Assembly (NCBI RefSeq): GCF_037042905.1
Contig: NC_087250.1
Coordinates: 21,082,001 to 21,146,000 of the forward strand
Source: Lytechinus pictus
Taxonomy: Eukaryota
DNA: 64,000 nucleotides
Reading direction: 5' to 3'
Program-made: the position numbers and the translations under genes
Shown here: in pieces, positions 47,001 to 60,600 of the stretch
Position numbering within the stretch: the stretch's first letter is position 1
How the letters are laid out: every line of letters begins with the position of its first letter
The notes under the pieces: generated by a model
What the model was told of the DNA's origin: nothing
The model's database searches: none
Seen by the model: only the letters and a program-made list of their open reading frames with translations

Positions 47001-48825
47001 TTGCAAAAGTTCAGAGCACATGTAAATTCAAGAAAATGATTTTTAGTGATTTTCATGGCGGCCATCTTAGATTTCAAGATGGTGGCTGACCTGGTGGTAA
47101 GACTATTTGAAATAAGTGCCCTAAACTACTGTAACTACACCTACACTGTATATGCTAAATTTCAATACCATAGCTCATACAAAACTAGAGAAAATTATTG
47201 CAACGATTTTTTATGGTGGCCATTTTGCCGCTGACCTGGAGGCAAATTGCTGGGGGCCGGCAACATTTGAAGTCAGTGCTTTAAAATACTCCTATATGCC
47301 AAATTTCAGTGTCACATATCATGCAAAACTCAAGAAAATGACATTAATGATTTCTCATGGCGGCCATCTTGGATTTCAAAATGGCGGCCGACCCGATGGT
47401 CAAATCACTTGGGGCCGGCAATATTTGAAATCAGCACCCCGAATTAAGCCTATATGCCCAATTTCAGTGTCACATTTCATGTAAAACTCAAGAAAATGAC
47501 ATTTTTAAAGATTTTTCATGGCGGCCATCTTGGATTTCAAAATGGCGGCCATTTAGCCGCCGACCAAATGGTCAAATTGCTGGGGCCCGGCAATATTTGA
47601 AATCAGTGCCTAAAATACCCCTATATGCCAAATTTCAGTGTCACACGTCATGTAAAACTAAAAAAAATGATATTAATGATTTTTGATGGCGGCCATCTTG
47701 GATTTCAAAATGGCGGCCGACCCAATGGTCAAAACACTTGGGGACGGCAATATTTGAAATCAGCACCCCGAATTAAGCCTATATGCCCAATTTCAGTGTC
47801 ACATATCATGTAAAACTCAAGAAAATTACATTTAATGATTTTTCATGGCGGCCATCTTGGATTCCAAAATGGCGGCCATTTAGCCGCCGACCAAATGGTC
47901 AAATTGCTGGGGGCCGGCAATATTTGAAATCAGTGCCTAAAAATACCCCTATATGCCAAATTTCAGTGTCACATATCATGCAAAACTCAAGAAAATGACA
48001 TTAATGATTTCTCATGGCGGCCATCTTGGATTTCAAAATGGCGGCCGACCCGAGGGTCAAATCACTTGGGGCCGGCAATATTTGAAATCAGCACCCCGAA
48101 TTAAGCCTATATGCCCAATTTCAGTGTCACATTTCATGTAAAACTCAAGAAAATGACATTTAATGATTTTTCATGGCGGCCATCTTGGATTTCAAAATGG
48201 CGGCCATTTAGCCGCCGACCAAATGGTCAAATTGCTGGGGGCCGGCAATATTTGAAATCAGTGCCTAAAATACCCCTATATGCCAAATTTCAGTGTCACA
48301 CGTCATGTAAAACTAAAAAAAATGACATTAATGATTTCTCATGGCGGCCATCTTGGATTTCAAAATGGCGGCCGACCCGATGGTCAAAACACTTGGGGAC
48401 GGCAATATTTGAAATCAGCACCCCGAATTAAGCCTATATGCCCAATGTCAGTGTCACATATCATGTAAAACTCAAGAAAATTACATTTAATGATTTTTCA
48501 TGGCGGCCATCTTGGATTTCAAAATGGCGGCCATTTAGTCGCCGACCAAATGGTCAAATTGCTGGGGGCCGGCAATATTTGAAATCAGTGCCTAAAAATA
48601 CCCCAACATACCAAATTTCAGTGTCACACGTCATGTAAAACTTAAGAAAATGAAATTTAATGATTTCTCATGGCGGCCATCTTGGATTTCAAAATGGCGG
48701 CCGACCCGATGGTCAAATCGCTTGGGGCTGGCAATTTTTGAAATCAGCGCCCAAAAATACCCCTGTATGCCAATTTTCACACTTTATGCCTGATTTGAGC
48801 ATCTTTTCACATATCTACTGGACTA
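44050..48825. repeat. Foldback element with satellite arms; 47290-48790 is a homogeneous array with an about 328-bp dimeric higher-order repeat
   Basis: Repeated ORFs at 47625/47953/48280 and 47783/48111/48438 (monomers about 158 and 170 bp). 44050-45360 carries the same units on the opposite strand. Ends ctggacta. Confidence 0.85.
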
Positions 48826-48842
48826 CCATACAAAATTGACCA

Positions 48843-51800
48843 AACCTTGTTTTTTATATATACAATATTTTTGTATGGTTTCTTGTCAATTCGAGGGTGC
48901 TGATTACGAATCTGAATGATGCCACTTGTGTAACCTTGAGCATTTTCCGCAAATTGGCAAAATCCAATATGGCCGCCAAAATATGCAAATTACCCATGAA
49001 AATCATAAAACTGCCAGCAGATTGGCTATAAAATGTATGTAATTGTGTTGCAGGAGTGAAATACTCTTTTTTTTTTTAAATATGTATTTTTCTTGATATT
49101 TAAAATGGCCACCATAGACCGCTGTATTCAACATTATGTACAATATGAATGGGGAAAAATAATTTTCACAAAAGTGAGCACTAAATGCAAGTAATTGTGA
49201 TTTTTGTGAACTAATGGGTGAAAACATGATTGCTAACGAAATGTATCATTTGTTATGTCATGTTTGTAACAAATGAAGCATTTTAGTATTCAAAAAGCCA
49301 CCAATCGACCTGACAGTAGTATGTATAATGTTAAAGGGGACAAAAGAAAATCACAAGAGTGAGTACTAAAATGCATATTATTAAGATAAGCGAGTGGACA
49401 ACTGGTTAAAAACAAAATTTAAACGAAACATAATATTTAAGATGCAATTTATGTGATAAATGCTGTATTTTGAAATTCAAAATGGCCGCCATAGGCCCAT
49501 TTTACATTATGTACAATGCGAATGGAGAAACTAATTTTCACAAGAATAAGAACATAAAATGCATGTAATTGTGATATACGAGTAAAATGTTGTCTGAAAA
49601 CATGGCTTATAGCTTAACATAATTATCATTTCTTTTGTCATGCATTATATAATTGCTGTATTGTTAAATTTAAAATGGCCCCTATAGACCCTACCAGTAT
49701 TATCTACAATGTGAATGGGGACATGTAATTTTTGTAAGAATTTGGATTTGCTTGACTATGAAATCCATATAATCCTTCTTTATGAGTAAAATATTATTTG
49801 AAAGCATGATTTTTATGAAATATAGCATTTCTTCTACCATGTAAATACTGTATTTTGACATTCAAAATAGCCGCTACAAGCCCTAATTAAATTATGTTAT
49901 TTATGCGTTTAGGATAACTTATTTTCAGTGGGAATCATAAAATATGCATGTATCTGTGATGTACGAGTAAAAATATTGTCTTAAATATGATTTATAAATA
50001 AATACATCACATGTTGGTCATGGAGGTAATAAATGCTGTATTTTAAAAATTCAAAATGGCTGCCATAAGCCCTAAAAGTACTATGTGCATTGTAATTTGG
50101 TACATATAATTTTGACAGAATTTGGCTTTGCTTGACTATAAGTATTGCATATAAATGTGATGTAAGAGTGGAATATTGTCTAAAACCATGGTTTCTAACG
50201 AGATAATCATATCTGGTGTAATTAAGGTGATAAATGCTGCATTCTGAAATTGAAAATGACCGCCATAGGCCCTTACTGTATTATGTACAATTTAAATGAG
50301 GACAGATAATTTTCTCAAAAGGGCATATGGCGGCCATTTTGAATTTTGAAATATAACATTAATCACCTAAATTTTATATAATATGATATATTTCGTTAGT
50401 AATCATATTTTCAGACAATATTTTCCTCATACACCACCATTTAGTCAAGCAAAGCGAAAATCTGTTAAAATCATTTGTCCCTATTCACATTTTACAAAAT
50501 AACATTAGGGCCTGTAGCGGCCATTTTGACTTTCAAAATACAGTGTTTATTACCTACCTAGCAGGAGAACTGATATATCTTGTTAGAAATTATGCTTTCA
50601 GACAATATTTACTCATAGATCAGAATTACGTGCATTTATGGTGCTCACTCCTCTGAAAATTGATTTCCCAGTTCGCATTGTATATAATACACTCAATGTC
50701 TATGGCGGCCATTTTGAAAGTCAAAATACAGTATTAAACACACACTTTGAACCTTAATGATATATTTCGTTAAAAATTATGTTTTTTTTAGACAGTATCC
50801 CATTTATTTATCACAAATAAATGCATTTCAGTGCTCACTCTTGTGATTTCTTTTGCCCTCTTTCTCATTGTACATGATACTTTTAGGGCCTTTGGCGGCC
50901 ATTTTGAATATCAAAGTACAACATTTATCACATACATGGCATATTAAGTAATATGTTTTGTAAACAATTATGTTTTTAGTAAGTATTCCACTCGTTTATC
51001 TTAATAATATGCATTTTAGTGCTCACTCTTGTGATTTTTTTGGCCCCCTTTGCTCTAGTACTTAGTACTATTTGAGCCAGTGACGGCTATTTTTAATATG
51101 AAATGCTCCTATTTTCACATATATGACATAATTAATTGATGATTGTTAGCATTGACGATTTTCATACATTATACTTCGTCCATAGATCACAATTACTTGC
51201 AGTTTAGGGATCATTTTTGTGAAAATTTGTTTTCCCTATTCATATTGTACATAATAGGGTATTTGGCGGCCAATTTGAATATCAAGGAAATAAATATTTT
51301 TTTCAAAAAATATTATTTCAGAGGCTTATTATAATCACTCGGGTCGCGTTCGAAATCACTCGGGTTCTGGATTTTTGGCGATTTTTTTTTCTAACGGTGT
51401 CTTCAATGGGACAAACACGCTGGAAAAATAAAATGAAATTGAAATTCTAGTTTCGTTTTAAACGGGCCTCAAATAAAATGCACTCGCCTGCTGCTTAACA
51501 TAACAAACAAGCAAATCAGCCATGTGGCTCAACTATCCTAGAATACATCCAGACTTCTACTGTTTTTATACGAGGACTCCGAGTCGGAACTTGCCATATC
51601 TGCCACATCGATATTACATCGTCATTTCCATGTGCGGACATGCATGCCTTTTTCATTAAAAAAAATTAAAAGAACTGTATCAAATAAAGATCATTATTCC
51701 GTTTTGTCCTAAAATGCACAAAAAAGGGAAAATAAACCTAAAAGGGGAAACAACAGTAACTAATTGCTTCGGCTGTCGCGCAACTTCACTTCCCCGTTTT

Positions 51801-52725
51801 ATTGGAACTTAATGCATTAACATATGGCCATTGAGTCCATGTACAGATCGAGCTAAAACTTCGGTCTCTGTATTGGTGAGTGGAGCTTACGGAGTTCAGC
51901 GGAACAACGAACATTACAGAGACCGAAGCTTTTGGTCTAAATACGTATGTATGCATTAAACTACGGATGGCTGGCTATGCATACCGCTAAATTAAATACT
52001 TTCGGACGAGCTGCGAACTGACTGGCACTGTAACGTGGGATCTAACTCGGCTCGACTCACGTTACCTTGCTCCATGCTACCGATGCACGCCGTGTCCAAC
52101 CGTGGCCGGGTCCCGCCTTGGGGCAATTGCAAGCAGGCATGCATGTCCGCACATGGGAATGACGATGTAATATCGATGTGGCAGATATGGCAAGTTCCGA
52201 CTCGGAACAGTAGAAGTCTGGATGTATTCTAGGATAGTTGAGCCATATGGCTGATTTGCTTGTTTTTTATGTTAAGCAGTAGGCGAGTGCATTTTATTTA
52301 AGGCACTTGCCGGCTTAAAACGAAACTAGAATTTCAATTTCATTTTATTTTCCCAGCGTGTTTGTCCCATTGAAGACACCGTTAGAAAAAAAATCACATC
52401 GAAATAAAAAAATCGCAAAAATTCCAAAACCCGAGTGATTTCGAACGCGACCCGAGTGATTATAATAAGCCATTTCAGAGAGTATTTCACTCCTGCAACA
52501 CAATTACATACATTTTATAGACAATCTGCTGGCAATTTTATGATTTTCATGGGTAATTTGCATATTTTGGCGGCCATATTGGATTTTGCAAATTTGCAGG
52601 AAATGCTCAAGGTTACACGAGTGGCATCATTCAGATTCGTAATCAGCACCCTCGAATTGACAAGAAACCATGAAAAAATATTGTATATATGAAAAACAAG
52701 GTTATGCCTCTTCTATCCTGGACTA
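48843..52725. mobile_element. Giant palindromic (foldback) element, Academ-like 3' end
   Basis: 48843-49068 is a near-perfect reverse complement of about 52480-52703. Inner repeat arms 49070-50300 and 50320-51320 are inverted. Ends ctggacta. Confidence 0.8.
51323..52471. mobile_element. Merlin/MULE-like non-autonomous transposon, TIR about 320 bp, 8-bp TSD
   Basis: ggcttattataatcactcgggtcgcg...cgcgacccgagtgattataataagcc. TSD atttcaga at 51315-22 and 52472-79. Confidence 0.85.
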
Positions 52726-54340
52726 TAGTTCGCACGCAATCCCTGTTTGTTCAACATGCTACAAAGTTTGGTTATTTTCCTTCTTTTCTCTCCAACAGAG
52801 TTCTATCACATTGAATTTCTTTAGTACCTGTTTAAGAAGAAATATAGGAAGAATAAATTCAATCTGCTTTTGTGCGTCTGCATACTCGATGCAGCCGTTA
52901 CGGGCTAATTTTCTTTGATCGACTCTGGTACACGAATTATGAGATGGGCATTGTGTTACATTAAAGAAATTTGTTTGATGTGCTAATATCATCATTTATG
53001 AGCGTTATATTTTATTTTTCGATTTGCCTATTTTTTTTTCGATGTATAAATACGTAACTGATATTGGGCACACAAAAATCGCCTCAGCAGAAGAACGGTA
53101 TGCAGCATGTAACTTCTAGGTCAAGCGTCAAGCCCCATTGCTACGCTAAACGGTCAACCCCATTCATGCAATTACTATGTTTTTTTGACTGGTCAATATA
53201 TGGTTTTACCCGGAACAAATTGCAACAAATGATTTTCCAGCTTTTCTGGCAGCATTTGACCTCAGGTATAAAATATTAAAAATCTACCAAAATCCGCATG
53301 TGGGAAAGTAGTTATTTTTAAGATGGCTGCCATTCACTGAAAATGGATAAAACTCACTCATTATTCAACCTAGAATCCTATTTGGGTTTATATTCCATGG
53401 TCAAGTTGGTAAACGAATTTATTGATACAATTTAGAGTGAATATTAGCACTCCAGGGTACCAGAAAAATCCAAGATGGCGCCCAAAATGGCTGCCGTATG
53501 ATAAAAAATCAATAAGTCGTCTATTACTTACTTAAGTGTCTTTAATTTGTTTTTTATTCGATGGTTTTAATGGTGAAGTAGTACAACGGGACAAACTGCA
53601 AGGACAGACAGTGGTCTAGTGTGTCCAAATATCAAAAACGGTGTCCAAAAATTGAGTTTAAAATGGCTGTTAATACCCGGGAGATATGATTTTGGTGTCT
53701 AGACCATGGTTTCAATAGTCAAATAAATACATGTACATTGTGACAAGTTACAAGGACAGTCAGTGGTACAGTATGTAAAAAAAAATCCAAAATGGCTTCC
53801 AAAAATGGAGTAAAAAATGCTGTTGCTATTTAAAAAAAACAAAGACATAGTTTGTTCGATATCCGGGAATATATTTTTTGTGCCTATACCATGATTAAAT
53901 GGGTCAGGTAATACATTGGGATAAGTTACAACGACGATGGATGGTCAAGTATGTCCAAAAGTCCACAGTGGCTTTAAAAATAGTATAAATTGTACAACGC
54001 CTACTTAGCTTGTTGTATGCGAGCAAATGGGAGGCTGAATGTCAAACATTCGTACCGTTGCACAAAAGACGTACCATCCAAAATGTACCGTCCAAAATGT
54101 ACCGTTGCTTTAGGAGGTGACGTCACAATATGATTCAATTCATTGCGCTCAGTAAAAATGCAGGTGCAATACGCGAATAGCCTGCTGGCTAAATGCGCAA
54201 TGCTGCCCGGGCCCGAGGTGTTCGCTTGTGGGATTTTGCTTTTCGCTTTCCATATTTTTGCTCCCTTTTCATAGATTACTGCAGGAAAAACTCTTTGTTT
54301 TTTCATAAATTCGCTAAACTCCGAGGCATTGTACAACACA

Positions 54341-54499
54341 AATAGCGAATATTCTTATTCGTGCAATGGTGCGAGATTTCGCATTCGGTGAAAGAAAGAA
54401 ACGCTCTATTCAACTCGGCTAACGCCTCGTTGAATAGAGCATCTTTCTTTCACCTCATGCGAAATCTCGCACCATCGCACTCATGCCTATTCGCTATTT
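54341..54499. repeat. About 160-bp long hairpin at the end of an inserted element
   Basis: aatagcgaata...tggtgcgagatttcgca...gaaagaaaga...gctctattcaac / gttgaatagagc...tctttctttc...tgcgaaatctcgcacca...tattcgctatt, with a central ctcggctaacgcctcg. Confidence 0.85.
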
Positions 54500-56149
54500 G
54501 TATATTAGCCGCTGGTATTTACACCTGGACATAGTTCATGTAATTACCGTCAAGGGCATATGATTTTGATGTCTATACCATGGTTTTAAAAGTAGAAAAA
54601 ATAGTTATAAGGACAGTCAGTGGTCCAGTATGTCGAATATCAAAGTTGGATTTCAAAAATTCGGAGTCTAAAATGACTGCTGTTACTCTAAAAATGGACA
54701 TAGTTCATTTAGAATCAACCAAGAAGATATGGCTTTGGTGTCCACAATATGGTTTCATGGTTAAAAGAATACGTTTGGACTGGTTACACTGATATGCAGT
54801 TGTCCAGTTTGTTTAAGAATCCAACAGGGTTTTCAAAAAAGGCATCTAAAACGACCCATATCACTCAATAATGATCAGAGTTTTACAATATCTATCTGTA
54901 AGTAATAATGTAGGTGTCTAATTGTGGTATGGTGGGTCAAATAATACATTTTGCCTAGTAACAAGGATGGAATAGTATTCCATTTTGTCAAAAAAATCCA
55001 TGGCGGATTCAAAAATTTCATCAATATTGGTGATGTTACCAACTCATGAAACAATATGATAACTTTCCCCATGCATTTAAGTGTAAACACCAAGATTATT
55101 TCTCACAGGTGGATAGTCTATGAACTATGTCCATTTTTAAGTTATAGCAGTTACTTTAGAACCCATATTTTAAAGCCAACTTGGATTTAAGTCAAAATGG
55201 ATAACTGCATATCATGGTAACCGGTGACAGCCCGCTAGACCGAGGGTCCGCGAGACCGAGGGTCCGCTAGACCGAGGGTCCGATAGACCGAGGGTCCGCG
55301 AGACCGAGGGCCCGCAAGACCGAAGGCCCGCGAGACCGATTTTTTTTTCCCTTCATCGGTTGCCGCGGTCGAGTGGTTTAAGGCGCCTCGTTGCAGCGGC
55401 GTAACAGGTGCCTGTTATCAGAGGGGGGGGGGGCAGCGCCAATATTTCCCAGTAATTTCGTCTAGAAGGTGACAGCCCGCTAGACCGAGGGTCCGCGGTC
55501 CGCGAGACCGAGGGTCCGCTAGACCGAGGGTCCGATAGACCGAGGGTCCGCGAGACCGAGGGCCTACAAGACCGAAGGCCCGCGAGACCGATTTTTTTCC
55601 CTTCATCGGTTGCCGCGGTCAAGTGGTTTAAGGCGCCTCGTTGCAGCGGCGTAACAGGTGCCTGTTATCAGAGGGGGGGGGGGGGCAGCGCCAATATTTC
55701 CCAGTAATTTCGTCTAGAATTAGTGGCATAACTAGGATTTCAGTTTAGGTGGCAGTAGTGAGCACGGGAAGCGCGTTCCGGGGGGGGGGTGCAGGGAAGG
55801 GAGTGTCCTCTGCCTGTTATCGGAGGGGGGGGGCAGAGCAAAAAATCCCGGTAACTATTAAAGTCTAGAATCAGTGGCTTTGCTTTAGGATTTCATTTTA
55901 GGGGGCGGTGGTGAGCACGCGAAGTGTGAGAAACACTTAATGATGAGCGCACGAAAGGTGATCCATATTTTAAGAGGAGTTTCCCCCTCCCGCGCGAAGC
56001 ACGGAAGCTCCGACGTTTTCTTCGAATTGTTCCTTGCCCGCTCCAGCCTGCTCTTCTCACGTTCTCTGCCTGTTAACGGAGAGAGGGGGATTTTAATTGC
56101 GGAAGCTCCGACGTTTCTTTGAATCGTTCCTTGTCTGCATCCACTCTTC

Positions 56150-57417
56150 CAGTGGCGTAACAGGCGGGGGGTGGGGGGCAAGCTGCCCCCCCCTGGCGGA
56201 GTTCACCGGGAAAATAAAAAAAACGGGAAAAATAAAAAAAGGGGGGAGAAAGACAGAAAGGGAAAGGAAAAGAAAAAAGAGGAAAGAAGAAAAGGAAGGG
56301 GAAAAGGAAAGGAGAAAAGAAAACTAAGAAAAAAAAACATAAAAAGGGAAAACGGAAAGAACTTGGGAAAAGGAAGGAAAGAAGGACATGTAAGAAAAAA
56401 TAAACTTCCCCGATATACAAATACATTAGCATGATTAGTAAGATAGGGAAATAATAAAATTAAAGATGACAAAAAGGCAAAGAAAAGCGGGAAATGAAGA
56501 TAGAATGGAATGAGGCAAAATTTAAATTGGAAAATAAAGAGAATGGACAAGATATTACTACCGGGCTGCTGAGGATTGAAGATAACGAGCGGGAAGAAAG
56601 ATGGATGGTATATAACATAATTTCGTATGAAAGTCTATCATAAATTTGCTAAATCTCCAAAGCTACCGGGGGCTCTGTCCAAGGTCAAGACCCCGTGCAG
56701 TGGGGGCTCTTCATCTGTAACATTTAAAGGGCTCTATAACGGGCCCAATATGGACCCTTTTTGCATTAAGCTTTGTGTTGAAGCACTGGCGTACTGGGGG
56801 AGGGGTAGTTCCACAGCCAAGGGGAAATAAAAGAAAATGAAGGAGGCAGCGAAATGAGATGAATGAAAAAATACATGACATGATATTTGTTATGATTTAA
56901 AAATATGTCACATAATTATAATTTCATTTCATAAGGCAAATTTTCTTTCTGGCTCGCTTCACTCGCTGGCGACTTTTTACAAATTTTCCCACATTTGCTC
57001 TGGTGTGCCCCCTCAAAATATTTGGATGATTACGCAAACAACAACAAAAACAGGAGGAAAGAAAGAAAAGCAAACGAAAAGTGTATAATATTTTTCTGAA
57101 TATCACGTCAAAATCTGTCTTCATGTTAGATTCTCATGAAAAGGTTTTTTTTTTTAAATCTCGCTCGCTTCGCTCGCTCGGGAGTTATTAAGCTACTTCT
57201 TGCCACAACCACCATACTGGGCCCCCTCGAGCATATAGAGCTTCGCCCTGATGCGCACAATCATAACAAATATTCTGTTCACCGTGGCGTACAAAAAATA
57301 TTATTTTATTTTTAACATTATGCCAAAGTCTATCACAAAATTGGATTTTTGCATTAAAAATGTCAAAATTTTTGCTCGCTCGCACACACACAGACACACA
57401 CACACACACATATAATA

Positions 57418-57477
<60 letters not shown>

Positions 57478-57610
57478 CCCGATATACTCCATATATCGCC
57501 CCCTCAAATCTTTGCTTCATGATGCCATTGCCAGTTCGATGATATGACCGGGAAATGTTTGGCTCTTGCACCCCCCCCCCCCCTGGCCACCGACCCCTGT
57601 TACGCCACTG
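56150..57610. mobile_element. hAT-like non-autonomous element
   Basis: TIR cagtggcgtaacagg / cctgttacgccactg. 8-bp TSD cactcttc at 56142-49 and 57611-18. Confidence 0.85.
57383..57473. repeat. (CA)n-(TA)n compound microsatellite
   Basis: Seen directly in the sequence. Confidence 0.9.
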
Positions 57611-60600
57611 CACTCTTCTTACGTTTTCTGCCTGAAATTGGGAGGGGGGAGGGGGCACAGCCAATAATTTCCCGTTAACTAAGTCTAAAATTTTTGGCGA
57701 AGCTGGGGTTTAATTTAAGGGGGCGGTAGTCAGCACGCGAAGCGTGTGAAACACTAAGCGCGCAAAACGCACTCCCGGGGGGGGGGGGATCATGCATGGA
57801 GTGAGAAGCTGTGGCGATCCCTTGAACTATTCCCTGTCTGCTCTCGCTCGTCTAACGTTCTCCTATACCTTTTTATTTTCTCGCTCACGTTCCCCCTCTT
57901 TTGGGGGGGAGGGGGGTGGCGTTTTTTTTTGTGCTACGAGGGTGTATCAATTGATAAATATAATTGATCATTTTGTTCATTCATTCATTCATTCAGCTAT
58001 TCATTAATAGATTCCTTTTTAATATCAATTTTATAGATAACATTTCAGCTTCTGCCGGAGTATTATTAGACTGGGGATAGTTTGCAAAAATGCCTTTCAT
58101 AATATACTACTAAATCGGATACCCCATCCCTTTTTTCACTTCATCGTCTTACGAAATCATGCCATAGTCTCTAAAGAAATCTATACAACCGAGGTGAAAC
58201 CAAAAAATGTTACAACAATTAGACTGACGAACCCAAATACAGTGGCGCCGCATCCGAAGTGAGCTGTTGCAAATTTCAAGATTTTTTTTTAATAGAAATA
58301 TCCTAATCATATTTTGCATAGAAACGCACACACTCATCCCACACACTGATAGACACAGAGCACATTCAAATAAATTGGATATTCTTTCGATAGCTTCTGT
58401 GGGAAACAGGTGAAAACACGTTTATTTAATGAAATTATGGAAATACAAGCATTGTTTCGAGGGATCATAACTTTTTTATTTCTTGACCATTTTCTGTGAT
58501 TAAGGTATCAAATCAAAAAGCCAATATTGAACTTCTTAGTCATGTGACTTTTTGTTTAAAATTCAGATACCCCCCGCCAAATGAGTTTTTGACATCCTTT
58601 CTTCGAATTGTTTTTGCTCACTCATGCATAAATGAGGAATAATCTAAGTAGTATCAGATGAAAGAGGAGATTCTAAGCTTTACGTTGGTAGGTCTTTTGC
58701 CTATTGTTTTTTTTTAATGATTAAGTTATGATAAATCATCGCTAAATCTCGGTATCGTTTTTTGTGGGACGCAATGTATAAGTATGAAATACGCGCGCGC
58801 ACGTTTATTTAGATAGTCAACTTGTTCTCTATTGAAATCGTTATCCAGTATGAGATCACAATATAAAAAGTTTTCTGCTTGCACTTGGTGCTCGCATTAT
58901 TAATGTAAGGAATTCAAGATCCCCACTTACTCATCCTTATCATGATTTACAAAACTTGAATAGAGTGTCTCGTTCGGGGGGCTAAATCTCGAAATTTTCT
59001 GCTCGCGCTTTGCGCTTGCATCAGTTTAGTTATTGTTTAGTTTATATACCTACTCTGTTTAAGTTACAAAAAGTGCTTAGAATTTCCATTCCTTACGTAA
59101 AAATGTCAAGAGATTTCAGCTCGCGCTTCGCGCTCGAATTATTTGATTTTTAAAATATGTAACGTCTTCATGGCAAACTGCAAGCAGTCTTCAACAGTAC
59201 CTTTTCCATCAGTTCATTTTTGCTCGCGCTTCACGTTTGTAGTAATTATCCATTTGCATACACATCTTTTTCAACAAACATTGCCCAGAATTTTCCAAAT
59301 TTTAGGAAAAAATACAGAAGATTTCAAAGAAAAATTAGCTCGCGCTCGCATTATATAAATAAGGATTATCGTATTATATATATATGTCTATTCATAAGAC
59401 TTAAGCTAAAGAAGTGACTATTAGGTCTACCCCTTGAAAGAAACCAAAAATCCCGGCAAAAATCATCTTCGTGCGGCCGATCGGGAAAAATATGGCTTAA
59501 AAAAACGCCTCCCCCCCCCCATATTGGCGAAGGCTGGATCCGCCCCTGACTACTACTACTACGACTACTAAAACTACTACAACAACTACTACTACGACTT
59601 CTAATTCTACTACTGCTGCAGCTGCTGATATCATGATAACAAAAATAGTAACAACAACAATAGAAAAATGGGTTTTAGGACAACTCCCCGAGAGGACTAC
59701 TCCTCCGGAGGGCGACTCCCCCACGACAACTCCCCAATGAAAACTCCCCCGAATGACCATTCTCCCGAGGAAAGGCTTCCCGGAGGAAAACTGATTTAAA
59801 CCGGCACTTCTATTTGAGTGACAAATTAATTTACGTTCTTTTCTTTAGAACTTTCACCATCTTGTTCTTCTTATTATCCTGTTTAAATGAAAAAAAAAAA
59901 ATGCTAAGATAATATTGCCCATAATGAAGGTTCAATGTTCTAGGTGTATGTATTTCCATGATACTTCCAGTTTTCTTGTTAAACATTAAATGCACAAGAT
60001 CATGAAGCAGAATTACCATAAAAATAAACGTTAAATGAGTAGAGTCAACGATTAGGTAGTGTCAGTGAAATAAGGCATCGTAAGTTTATACTGTAAGTAG
60101 CAGAAACACCCCCACCCTGCACCCCCACCCCCCCCCTTAGAGAGATGTTTCGTGCGCGCAGTACGTGTTTCGCACGATTCGCGTGCTCACCACCGTCCCC
60201 TACAATGAACTCCTAGCAACGCCACTGATTCTAAACTTAGTTACCGGGAATTATTTGGCTTCCCCCCCCCCCATAACAGGCACCTGTTACGCCGCTGCAG
60301 CACGCTGCAACGAGGCGCCTTAAACCACTCGACCGCGGCAACCGATGAAGGGAAAAAAATCGGTCTCGCGGGCCTTCGGTCTTGCGGGCCCTCGGTCTCG
60401 CGGGCCCTCGGTCTCGCGGACCCTCGGTCTAGCAGACCCTCGGGCTCGCGGACCCTCGGTCTCGCGGACCCTCAGTCTCGCGGACCTTCGGTCAAGTGGT
60501 CGGACCCCTGGTAACCAGTCCCAAAGTATTTTTGACCCTTGAAACCCTAGTGTAGACACCAAAATAAAATAAAAGCTGTATTTGTAATGTTCTATATCCA

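Larger units (their letters stand above)
55223..60508. mobile_element. 5.3-kb MULE-like element with GC-rich TIRs containing 16-bp tandem repeats
   Basis: TSD tggtaacc at 55215-22 and 60509-16. Arms made of (agaccgagggtccgcg)n plus gccgcggtcgagtggtttaaggcgcctcgttgcagc. The left arm is tandemly duplicated (55223-55467, 55468-55719). Confidence 0.8.

Noticed and set aside
47152..48638. Series of similar short ORFs (MPNFSV...)
   Set aside because: These are translations of the satellite unit, not a gene family.
52759..52995. 78-aa minus-strand ORF between foldback elements
   Set aside because: Possibly a transposase remnant, but no diagnostic motif was recognised.
55228..55600. Regular short repeats resembling a CRISPR array
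   Set aside because: Contiguous 16-bp tandem repeats with no unique spacers, in a eukaryotic context with no cas genes.
56073..56550. Phe-rich and Lys-rich ORFs
   Set aside because: Translations of a purine-rich low-complexity tract within a MITE.
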